In this document: positions 38,854 through 47,615 of the stretch, in pieces
Position numbering within the stretch: position 1 is the stretch's first letter
Layout: each line of letters starts with the position of its first letter
Source: Candidatus Hydrogenedentota bacterium
GTDB taxonomy: Bacteria > Hydrogenedentota > Hydrogenedentia > Hydrogenedentales > JAEUWI01
DNA length: 48,069 nucleotides
Assembly (NCBI GenBank): GCA_034669905.1
Contig: JAXMOL010000056.1
Coordinates: forward strand, 1 to 48,069
Direction of reading: 5' to 3'
The notes under the pieces: generated by a model
The model's database searches: none
The model's input: only the letters and a program-made list of their open reading frames with translations
Told to the model about the DNA's origin: nothing
Made by a program: the position numbers and the translations under genes

Positions 38854-40116
38854 ATGTCGAAATTCTTTGTTCTCAGCATTGCAATTTTTGGGCTTGCCGT
38901 TGCGCCCTTGGTCGGGGCAGAGACCCAATGGTATAAGGGCGCGACCCACGTTCATAGTTTGTGGAGTGACGGCAACGGGGCGCCGGAGATCATTGCCGAC
39001 TGGTACCAGGAACAGGGATGGGACTTCGTGTGTTTTTCGGAGCACAACATCCTCATGGAGGGGGAAAAGTTCGTGCCGATAAAACCGGACGGACACCTCA
39101 CCCCGGAGCGCTACCTCGCCATTCAGCAGCGCTTTGGTGCGGCGTGGACCCAATTACGAGAACGGGGCGGTCAGCGGGAGATGCGTTTGAAGACCCTGGC
39201 GGAGTTGTCGGAATATTTCAATAAGCCCGGCGAATTCCTGTTGGTGCCTGCCGAGGAAATGACCACCGACGGCGGCAATCCCCATATGAACGTGCTCAAC
39301 GTGCGTGAGCTGGTTCCGGGTGCGCCGAAAGATGGGGACCCGGTGCCCAAGATGCAGGCCTATCTCGATGCCGTCGCGGCCCAGGAAGCCAAACATGACG
39401 TGCCCATGCTGGTTCACCTCGACCACCCCAACTGGCGGAACGCCCTCACCACCGAACAGATCATGGCGGTCCGCGGCCTGCAATTCTTTGAGGTCTACAA
39501 TGCTGCGGGGCCGACGGATCGGGGTTTTTCGGAGCAGGGCGTGCCCACGACGGAGCGCCGGTGGGATGTGATTCTTTCCATGAAGCTTCGCCGTGATCCC
39601 GACTACGTGATTTATGGCGTGGCCTCCGATGACAGCCACCGTTATTTTAATTTTGCCACGGCCAACGCGAATCCCGGTCGGGCCTGGGTGATGGTGCGGG
39701 CAGAATCACTGGACGCGGATTCGCTGATTGAGGCGATGAAGCGGGGCGACTTCTATGGCAGCACGGGGGTCACGCTGAAGTCCCTGGAGAGCAGTTCCGA
39801 CCATCTGGCCCTCGCAGTCGATGGCGCGGACGGCGTGACCTACACGACCCGCTATATCGGCACGCGCAAGGGATTTGATGCGAACACGCAACCCTTCGTC
39901 GATGGGGATGCTAAGACACCGCCCTCGGCCTCCCTGCGATACAGCGATTCCATTGGCGAAGTGCTCTTTGAGACCACCGACCTGAGTTCACGCTATGCCT
40001 TTAAAGGCGATGAGCTGTATGTACGTGCCACGGTTACGGCCGATCGGGATATGGCCAATCCCCCCATCGCCGGGGATAAGGAAATGGCCTGGATTCAACC
40101 CATAATCCGGAAGTAA
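38854..40116 (+). CDS. Secreted PHP-family metallohydrolase, paralog 2
   Basis: WYKGATHVHSLWSDG, SEHN, AEE, HLDHPN, FEVYN, SDDSH. Colinear with 35885-37147 over its full length. Confidence 0.82.
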   Translation: MSKFFVLSIAIFGLAVAPLVGAETQWYKGATHVHSLWSDGNGAPEIIADWYQEQGWDFVCFSEHNILMEGEKFVPIKPDGHLTPERYLAIQQRFGAAWTQLRERGGQREMRLKTLAELSEYFNKPGEFLLVPAEEMTTDGGNPHMNVLNVRELVPGAPKDGDPVPKMQAYLDAVAAQEAKHDVPMLVHLDHPNWRNALTTEQIMAVRGLQFFEVYNAAGPTDRGFSEQGVPTTERRWDVILSMKLRRDPDYVIYGVASDDSHRYFNFATANANPGRAWVMVRAESLDADSLIEAMKRGDFYGSTGVTLKSLESSSDHLALAVDGADGVTYTTRYIGTRKGFDANTQPFVDGDAKTPPSASLRYSDSIGEVLFETTDLSSRYAFKGDELYVRATVTADRDMANPPIAGDKEMAWIQPIIRK

Positions 40117-40197
40117 ATTCTTTTTAACGTTTGGAACTCTTGGTACCATTATTCCGGTCCATTTCCTTATCGCAAGTAACCACGAAAGACTTTGTTC

Positions 40198-41154
40198 ATG
40201 CGCTATGCCCTTGTCATCATCGTCCTCTTATTCACGGGCGGCCTCGATCGTGTTGTGGCCGAAGCACCGGCTCCCAATAGCTGGGTGCGTCTGAATGAGC
40301 ATGCAGCCTTCAGTCCCCGTGATACGGCGGAAGGCGCGATTTTCCAGGGCCGCTACTGGCTCAGCAATGGGTACTACCACGGTAACGTGCTCCACCGGGA
40401 TCTGTGGTCTTCCGAAGATGCCGTGAACTGGACTGCCGTGAGCGAGGCCACACCCTACGACGGTTACAGTGAGCTGGTCGTCTTTCAGGAACAGCTCTGG
40501 GCTATCAAGGGCAGCGTGTGGCGATCGGCCGATGGGAAAAGCTGGACCCAGGTGCTGGAAGAGACGCCCTTTGGTGCCCGGGGCTATGGCGAGGCCGTGG
40601 TCTTTAAGGATGCCATCTGGCAACTGGGCAGTGGCGCCGATGTGTGGCGCACCACCGACGGAGTGACCTGGGAACAGGTGATCGCCGAAGCGCCCTATGG
40701 AAATCGTTCCGCGTCCGCGGTCACCGTTTTTCAGGACAAACTCTGGCTCCTGGGCGGCAAGACGCCCGGGGCCAACACACCGCCGGAAGCCGGCTATGGC
40801 GACACGACCACCCACAACGACGTGTGGTGTTCCGAAGACGGCGTCACCTGGAAGCAGGTGAACAAGAAAAGTGGCTGGTCGCCCCGCCAATGGTTCACTG
40901 CGGAAGTCTATCAGAACCGGCTGTGGATTATCGGGGGCTATGACAATGTGAACAATACCAACCTGGGGGACGTGTGGTATTCCCTGGATGGCATCACCTG
41001 GCATGCCTTTGAATCACCCACCACCTTTGCGCCCCGACACGAACCGACGACCTATGTGCACGATGGCCAGCTTTTTGTGATTGCAGGAAACACATGGCCC
41101 GTGGTGAATGACGTTTGGGCACTGCGTCTGGACGGGAACGCGCCGTTGAAGTAG
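40198..41154 (+). CDS. Secreted Kelch-like beta-propeller protein
   Basis: Repeated (D)VW.S.DG..W and VF...LW..GG units; signal peptide. Confidence 0.75.
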   Translation: MRYALVIIVLLFTGGLDRVVAEAPAPNSWVRLNEHAAFSPRDTAEGAIFQGRYWLSNGYYHGNVLHRDLWSSEDAVNWTAVSEATPYDGYSELVVFQEQLWAIKGSVWRSADGKSWTQVLEETPFGARGYGEAVVFKDAIWQLGSGADVWRTTDGVTWEQVIAEAPYGNRSASAVTVFQDKLWLLGGKTPGANTPPEAGYGDTTTHNDVWCSEDGVTWKQVNKKSGWSPRQWFTAEVYQNRLWIIGGYDNVNNTNLGDVWYSLDGITWHAFESPTTFAPRHEPTTYVHDGQLFVIAGNTWPVVNDVWALRLDGNAPLK

Positions 41155-41186
41155 GGGCGTCCGCCGGTGGTGGGATGGGGGTGCTT

Positions 41187-41195
41187 TGTTATACT
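41187..41195 (+). promoter_or_regulatory. Extended -10 promoter, probably leaderless
   Basis: TG-T-TATACT, then 6 nt, then ATG 41202; no SD sequence. Confidence 0.55.
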
Positions 41196-41201
41196 CCATT
41201 C

Positions 41202-44192
41202 ATGTGTTGCATTACCCCAAAACTACAACGTGTGATGTTGATGGGCGGGCTGCTTCTTTCGGCGGCCAGCGCGTCGGCAGAAGGGCCCGACTTCGCTACG
41301 GAGATCCAGCCGATGCTCGCGCGGAGTTGTTATGGGTGCCATGGCCCCGAGCGGCAGAAGAGTGGCTATCGCCTGGATGTGCGGTCCATCGCACTTAAGG
41401 GCGGTGACCTGGGCCATCCTGCCATCGTGCCCCATGACAGCGCGGCGAGTCCCTTGATCCACTACGTGAGTGGCGCTGATCCCGATATGATCATGCCGCC
41501 GGAAAAAAGTGATGCGCCCCCCCTCAGCGAGGAAGAAGTGGCACGCCTCCGCGCGTGGATTGACGCGGGCCCTCATTGGCCCGACGAACTGGCGGGCGCC
41601 GTGGAAGAAGAGGCGCCCCACTGGTCCCTGTTGCCGCTGGTCAAGCCGGAAGTGCCGGGCGACGCGCCCAATCCCATCGACGCCTTTGTCCGTGCGCGAC
41701 TCCAGGAAAAGGGACTGATCCCCTCGCCGGCAGCGGAACGCCGCGTCTTGATTCAACGGCTCTATTACGACCTCATCGGGCTGCCGCCCACACCCGAGGA
41801 AGTCGAAGCCTTTTGTGCGGACCCGGACCCCGAGGCCTATGAACGCCTGGTGGATGGGCTGCTTGCCTCGCCCCGCTACGGCGAGCGTTGGGCCCGGCAC
41901 TGGCTCGACACGATTCAGTTTGCCGATTCCCATGGCTATGAGCACGATGTCGGCCGGAACAACGCGTGGCCTTTTCGGGACTATGTCATCGAAGCGCTGA
42001 ACGGGGACCGGCCCTGGGCGCGCTTCATCCGGGAGCAATTGGCGGCAGATTATTTTTACCCCGATGCGCCCGAGCTGACGCCCGCCCTGGGCTATCTGGG
42101 GGCCGGACCCTTTGACCTGAGTACCTACCTCACGGCGGGGGTGACCTTCGATTATCTGGCCCGCGATACCCTCGTTACCCAAACCACCGCCTCCTTCATC
42201 AGCAGCACCGCCAGTTGTGCCCGCTGCCACAACCACAAGTTTGATCCTATCCCGCAGACGGACTACTACGCCTTGCAGGCGGTGTTCTCTGGCGTTATCA
42301 AGGGCGACCTGTCCTACGATGGGGAACGCGCCGTCAAGCGCGCGCGCACCCGTTGGAATGAGGTCATCGCGGCCGCCGACCGGAAGGACGGGGCGTCCCT
42401 GCGCACCCCGGAGCACGGGCCCCTCATCGAGGATTGGTTGGTACAGCGCGGTAGCGGTGCCACGTGGACGCCCCTCGTGGCCGATACCTTTCTCTCTGCA
42501 GAGGGTGCGACCCTGGCGCAATACCCATCGGGGTTGATCGTTGCCAGCGGGAAGAACCCCGATAAGGACACCTATACGGTGACCACGAGCCCGGCGTTGA
42601 CGGAAATCACCGCACTGCGCCTGGACGTGCAGACGGATGAGAACCTGCCCATGAAGGGTCCGGGTCGTCAGGACAACGGGAACTTTCACCTCTCAGAACT
42701 GGAACTCCAGTATTTTGAGGCCGGGGTCGCCGCGCCGGTCCCGGTGCGGTTCCGCCGGGCGACGGCTGACTTCAACCAGTCCGACTGGGGGAGCGAGAAA
42801 GCCATCGACGAAAATGATGGGACGGCGTGGGGCATCCATCCTGCCGTGGGCACGAATCACCATGCCGTCTTCGAGTTAAAGGAGCCGCTGGTGCTCAAGC
42901 CGGGTTCGCACCTGGCCATATCGCTCAAGCAGCACCATGGCGATCACCACCTTATCGGCGCGTTTAAGCTGTCCGCGACCGCCGATCCGCCCGAGCGCGC
43001 GGTGGCATTTCCCACCGAAGTCGAGGCGGCCCTGTCCCTTCCCGCGATCGAACGGACGGATGCCCAGCAGGAAGCTATCGCTATCGCCGTGATGCGCTAC
43101 GTGGCACAGGCGGGCCTCGAAGCCCTGCCCGAGCAAGCGCGCGTTTACACCGCCGCCGCCGCCGTGGGCATTCCCAATGGCGACAATTCTTTCGCGCCCG
43201 CCGCTATCGAAACGCCCAAACCGGTTCACCGAATGGAGCGGGGCGATTTCGACAAGCCCGCCGAGTTGGTGGGGCCGGGCGCCCTTTCGGCCCTGGAGGC
43301 CCTCCCCGCCCGCTTTGAACTCGATAACCCGGACAACGAGGCCGCCCGTCGGGCCGCACTGGCCGACTGGATTGCCCACCCCGACAACGTGTTGACCTGG
43401 CGCAGTATTGTGAACCGGGTCTGGCACTATCACTTTGGGCGGGGCCTCTGCGATACACCGAGCGACCTGGGGCGCATGGGGGGCACGCCTACCCACACTG
43501 CGCTCATCGATTGGCTGGCCGTATGGTTTCGTGATGAAGCAGATGGTTCCCTCAAGGCCCTCCACCGCCTTATTGTCACCAGCGAAACCTACCGGCAAGC
43601 GTCGCAGCATCGTGACGACGGGGCCGCCATGGACGGGGAGAATAAATTTCTCTGGCGTCAAAACCGACACCGCCTCGATGCCGACACCTACCGGGACTAC
43701 ACCGTGAGCGTGGCGGGAACCCTGGACCTCACCATGGGCGGGCCGGGGGTCCAGCATTTCAGCCAGGGGCCTGGCCCCCAGCTTACACCGACCCTGGATT
43801 ACGGGGCCTACGATTGGGACAGCGAAGGGGCGGGCCGCCGCAGTATCTATCGCTACGTGTGGCGGGGTATCGCCGATCCCTTTATGGAGGCCCTGGACTT
43901 TCCCGACCTGGGGCTCCTTTCGCCAAAGCGGGGCTTCTCGGCATCGTCGCTCCAGGCCCTGACGCTGTATAACAATTCCTTTGTGCTCCACCATGCCGAC
44001 GTGCTGGCCCAACGGTTGGAAGAGGAGGCCGCAGGCCGGGATGGACAAATCGCCCGGGCCACCGCGTTGCTGTGGTATCGTGAACCCCGTGAGGTGGAAT
44101 GGCCCGCCTTCCGGGATTTTGTGGATGAAAGCGGGTTGGCGGCCTTTTGTCGGGTGTTGCTGAACAGCAATGAGTATCTTTTTGTAGAGTAG
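41202..44192 (+). CDS. Planctomycete-type cytochrome c (PSCyt1) / DUF1549 / DUF1553 protein
   Basis: CYGCH and CARCH heme motifs; PIDAFV, RLYYDLIGLPPT, YGERWARHWLD, RSIVNRVWHYHFGRGL, RRSIY, LLNSNEYLFV. Confidence 0.92.
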   Translation: MCCITPKLQRVMLMGGLLLSAASASAEGPDFATEIQPMLARSCYGCHGPERQKSGYRLDVRSIALKGGDLGHPAIVPHDSAASPLIHYVSGADPDMIMPPEKSDAPPLSEEEVARLRAWIDAGPHWPDELAGAVEEEAPHWSLLPLVKPEVPGDAPNPIDAFVRARLQEKGLIPSPAAERRVLIQRLYYDLIGLPPTPEEVEAFCADPDPEAYERLVDGLLASPRYGERWARHWLDTIQFADSHGYEHDVGRNNAWPFRDYVIEALNGDRPWARFIREQLAADYFYPDAPELTPALGYLGAGPFDLSTYLTAGVTFDYLARDTLVTQTTASFISSTASCARCHNHKFDPIPQTDYYALQAVFSGVIKGDLSYDGERAVKRARTRWNEVIAAADRKDGASLRTPEHGPLIEDWLVQRGSGATWTPLVADTFLSAEGATLAQYPSGLIVASGKNPDKDTYTVTTSPALTEITALRLDVQTDENLPMKGPGRQDNGNFHLSELELQYFEAGVAAPVPVRFRRATADFNQSDWGSEKAIDENDGTAWGIHPAVGTNHHAVFELKEPLVLKPGSHLAISLKQHHGDHHLIGAFKLSATADPPERAVAFPTEVEAALSLPAIERTDAQQEAIAIAVMRYVAQAGLEALPEQARVYTAAAAVGIPNGDNSFAPAAIETPKPVHRMERGDFDKPAELVGPGALSALEALPARFELDNPDNEAARRAALADWIAHPDNVLTWRSIVNRVWHYHFGRGLCDTPSDLGRMGGTPTHTALIDWLAVWFRDEADGSLKALHRLIVTSETYRQASQHRDDGAAMDGENKFLWRQNRHRLDADTYRDYTVSVAGTLDLTMGGPGVQHFSQGPGPQLTPTLDYGAYDWDSEGAGRRSIYRYVWRGIADPFMEALDFPDLGLLSPKRGFSASSLQALTLYNNSFVLHHADVLAQRLEEEAAGRDGQIARATALLWYREPREVEWPAFRDFVDESGLAAFCRVLLNSNEYLFVE

Positions 44193-44452
44193 GAAACTAT
44201 TCACCACGAAGGCCACGAAGAACACGAAGAAAGAGAAGTAGAGGGAGCAATGGCTCGTTACGACGGTCCCCCATCGTAATGCATACCATTCCGCTCCTGC
44301 GGAATAGAGTTGGGCAATTGGCCTCGAGCCGCTGTGACGCACGCCCGAACCCGTCAGGACTCGTTGATACTCGATTGCGCGGCACGACCGGTATTTCAAT
44401 TGTTTCAGGATAAAGGTCAGCGAAGAAGTCTAGACATGGAGAGCAAGAGTCA

Positions 44453-45865
44453 ATGAGCGACAAACTGCAACAACCCCTCCTCGATCGGCGCAATTTTCTC
44501 ATGAACGTGGGCGGCGGTTTTGCGGGCCTGGCCCTGTCGCAATTGCTTTCGCGGGAAGCCCAGGCCAAGACCCCCTTCCACCATCCGCCGCGCGTCAATC
44601 GGGTCATCCAGCTCTTCATGACGGGGGGCGCGAGCCCCATGGACCTCTTCGACTACAAGCCCGAGCTCGAGCGGCTCCACGGGCAGATGCTGGGTCCCAA
44701 GGAAAAGCCCGACGGCTTTACGGCCCCGGCCGGTGCCCTGATGAAGAGTCCCTTCGCCTTCAAGCAACACGGTGAGAGTGGTCGCTGGGTCAGTGAGATG
44801 TTTCCTGAGCAGGCCAAGCTCGTCGATGAGATGGCCTTTCTCATGGCCATGACCACCAAGACGAATGTGCACGGACCCGGCACCTACATGATGAACTCGG
44901 GCTTTCTCCTCCCGGGCTTTCCCTGTATGGGTGCGTGGATTTCTCATGCCCTGGGAAATATCGCCGACAACCTGCCCTCCTTCGTGGTATTACCTGATGC
45001 GAAGGGACTGCCCTACAACCAGAAAGGGTGTTTCTCGTCGGGCTTTCTTCCGGCCGTGCACCAGGGCACCGTGATCAATGCGTCGGCAGCCCAGCCCGTA
45101 CCCGATCTTTTTCCCGGCGCCGATTTCGAATTTGCCAATCGGGAGGTAGACCCTTCGGGCCTCGCCCTGCTCGATACGATTAACCGGCTTCATGCCTCGG
45201 AACATCCCGGCGACTCGCGCCTCGATGCGCGCATCGCCAGCTATGAGCTCGCGGCGAAAATGCAGCTTTCCGCTCCCGAGGCCTTCGACGTCATGCGCGA
45301 GCCCGACTATGTGCGTCGCGCCTATGGGATGGAAGAAAAGCACACGGAAGATTTCGGGCGGCGCTGCCTGCTGGCCACCCGACTGATTGAACGGGGTGTT
45401 CGCTTTGTGCAGGTGTGGAGCGGTCCCCAGGGGGCCGTGGGGAATTGGGATAATCATGGGAGCATCATCGACGAGCTGCCGCCCATGGCCGCAAGCGTGG
45501 ACAAACCCATTGCGGCCTTGCTTCGGGACTTGAAGTCCCGGGGATTGGATGAAGATACGCTCGTCATCTGGACCACGGAATTCGGCCGTACTCCTTTCGC
45601 CCAGGCGGGCACGGGACGGGACCACAATGGCGGGAGTTTTGTCTCGTGGTTGTGGGGTGCGGGGGTGCGCCCCGGTGTGGCCCATGGTCAGAGTGATGAC
45701 TGGGGCTATCAGGCGGAGGCCGACAAGACCTACTGCTATGATCTTCATGCGACGGTGCTGCACCTGCTGGGCATTGACCACGAGAAACTGTCGGTGCGGA
45801 AGGACGGCATCGACCGCCGATTGACGGACGTGCACGGCCATGTCATTCGGGACATTCTGGCCTGA
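44453..45865 (+). CDS. DUF1501 domain protein (Tat signal)
   Basis: DRRNFL, LFMTGGASPMDLFDYKP, ERGVRFVQ, WDNH, TEFGRTP, GRDHN, DLHATVLHLLG. Confidence 0.93.
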   Translation: MSDKLQQPLLDRRNFLMNVGGGFAGLALSQLLSREAQAKTPFHHPPRVNRVIQLFMTGGASPMDLFDYKPELERLHGQMLGPKEKPDGFTAPAGALMKSPFAFKQHGESGRWVSEMFPEQAKLVDEMAFLMAMTTKTNVHGPGTYMMNSGFLLPGFPCMGAWISHALGNIADNLPSFVVLPDAKGLPYNQKGCFSSGFLPAVHQGTVINASAAQPVPDLFPGADFEFANREVDPSGLALLDTINRLHASEHPGDSRLDARIASYELAAKMQLSAPEAFDVMREPDYVRRAYGMEEKHTEDFGRRCLLATRLIERGVRFVQVWSGPQGAVGNWDNHGSIIDELPPMAASVDKPIAALLRDLKSRGLDEDTLVIWTTEFGRTPFAQAGTGRDHNGGSFVSWLWGAGVRPGVAHGQSDDWGYQAEADKTYCYDLHATVLHLLGIDHEKLSVRKDGIDRRLTDVHGHVIRDILA

Positions 45866-45954
45866 TATAAGCATTGGCAGGACAGGGGGAATATGCTACA
45901 GTGGGGAGGTGTAGTGTGGCACACCCGGGCAATCAGTGAGATGGAGGCACCCCC

Positions 45955-47613
45955 ATGTTCAGGCAATTAATTCCCTGTTTGCTGATGCTGTCAGGTCTTG
46001 GTGCATTGTTCTTGACAGGATGTCCCCTGCCTCCCGAGCGGGCGGTGGTCGTCGCAACGCTGCTGGCGGATTTCGAGGCGCTGGACGGGGATGATGATGG
46101 CCTTTCGTTCGAAGAGGCTCGGAGCGGTGTGGCCGCGCTCACCCCAGGGCTCTTTGCGGAGTTGGACGCCAACGGTGATGGCCGACTGAGCCGGGCGGAA
46201 CTGGGCGGTGGTAGTGAAGGTGAAGGTGAAGGCGAAGGCGAAGGCGAAGGCGAAGGCGAAGGCGAAGGCGAAGGCGAAGGCGAAGGCGAAGGCGAAGGCG
46301 AAGGCGAAGGCGAGGGCGAGGGCGAGGGCGAGGGCGAGGGCGAGGGCGAAACGGTGTGGCCGGGTCCGTCTAATCTGTATTCCTGGGATGGAAGCTGGGA
46401 GCCGGGCGAAGGGGAGTTGCCGCCGGAAGGCTTCTTTGATGACATTTACTTTGATGAGCATCTGGTTGGGCTGACTGCTTCACCCCTGTTGCCTCCAGGG
46501 GGCTGGGATTTTGTCGACCCCATAACGGAGCAGGTATCAGCGTTGGCCTTCTTTACCGATTTCAGTGCGCGGGTCGCTTCGCTTGTCCTGTTGGAAGATG
46601 GGGAAGCGCGGCCCTATGGATGGCGGTTCGAGAGCGTGGTGCCCGATGCCATGGTGTTGGATTTCCGGGCGAATCCCTATGACGGGTCTTCCGGTGTGGA
46701 GGTGGTGGATGTGGGTTCGGAAGGGGTTATTCAGCTCAGCGATCTTTTCGGCACGGGAGACGGCCCGGATATGGTGCGCTATGAGCGGGGAAGCACTTCG
46801 GACTGGCGGACGGGTAGCGATGCCACCGGGGGCAGCAACGACAACGACCTGGTGATTGGGGGTAGTGAAGCCCAACTCGCGCCCGGGGAAGCGGACGTGA
46901 CGACCTCTACGGTGCACACGGGGCCCGGCCGTGATTTGGTGTTGATGCGGAACATGGAACGGGCCGCCATCGATCTGGGGAATGGGGCCAACGGGCGTAC
47001 CGATACGCTGGACCCGGGGGACGGCGATGATGTGGCCGTGCTGGGCGGACATTTCCTGGACTGTCGGGTCTACGGTGGACGGGGGGATGATATTTTCATC
47101 TGGCACATCGATGAGGCGAACCAGGAAACCGACTTGCTGAAGAATTCCTTCTTTGGCGGTGGTGGCTGGACACCGGCCGTGTGGGAGGATACGGGTACGG
47201 ATCGTGTGGTGCTCAATGTGCCCATCGATACGGTGGTCTTCAGTAGTACCGATCTGCCCACGCCGGGTACGATTCAGGTGCGCATCCCATCGAACTATAA
47301 TCCCGAGCCGGTTATCGATCCGCCCACTGAGTTTGACGTCTTTGCCCGTTATTTCGAGACGGCCGGGCTGGGTCCCGATGGACGGCACACCATGGTCTTT
47401 GATTATTTTACGGCCGATGGGTCGGTGCGGTCAGGATTTATTTTTGTAACGGCCGTCGAAGAGTTGCAGGTGGGTATTGGCGCTGATGCGCAGGTCTACC
47501 GGCTCGATGATATTGCGGGCGTGGCGGTGCTGGCGGAGGACCTGGCCCCCTTGGAAGAAGTGCCCGAGCGCGCGACCTACCATGCCATCATGGATGATTT
47601 TGTGGCGCGCTAA
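45955..47613 (+). CDS. Surface lipoprotein with EF-hand-like pair, (Glu-Gly)22 spacer and RTX-like calcium-binding C-terminal domain
   Basis: Lipobox FLTGC; DGDDDGLS and DANGDGRLSRAE loops; GPGRDLV, GDGDDVA and GGRGDDIF nonapeptide-like motifs; GGAGG RBS. Confidence 0.8.
   Translation: MFRQLIPCLLMLSGLGALFLTGCPLPPERAVVVATLLADFEALDGDDDGLSFEEARSGVAALTPGLFAELDANGDGRLSRAELGGGSEGEGEGEGEGEGEGEGEGEGEGEGEGEGEGEGEGEGEGEGEGEGETVWPGPSNLYSWDGSWEPGEGELPPEGFFDDIYFDEHLVGLTASPLLPPGGWDFVDPITEQVSALAFFTDFSARVASLVLLEDGEARPYGWRFESVVPDAMVLDFRANPYDGSSGVEVVDVGSEGVIQLSDLFGTGDGPDMVRYERGSTSDWRTGSDATGGSNDNDLVIGGSEAQLAPGEADVTTSTVHTGPGRDLVLMRNMERAAIDLGNGANGRTDTLDPGDGDDVAVLGGHFLDCRVYGGRGDDIFIWHIDEANQETDLLKNSFFGGGGWTPAVWEDTGTDRVVLNVPIDTVVFSSTDLPTPGTIQVRIPSNYNPEPVIDPPTEFDVFARYFETAGLGPDGRHTMVFDYFTADGSVRSGFIFVTAVEELQVGIGADAQVYRLDDIAGVAVLAEDLAPLEEVPERATYHAIMDDFVAR
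46216..46350 (+). repeat. Coding hexanucleotide microsatellite, (GAAGGT)2(GAAGGC)14(GAGGGC)6 GAA
   Basis: Read directly; encodes E(GE)22. Confidence 0.97.
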
Positions 47614-47615
47614 TC

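Noticed and set aside
45933..46474. (SP)n, (AF/AL)n and (KA/RA)n repeat ORFs
   Set aside because: These are alternative frames of the GE microsatellite; only the GE frame has an RBS, a lipobox and flanking domains.
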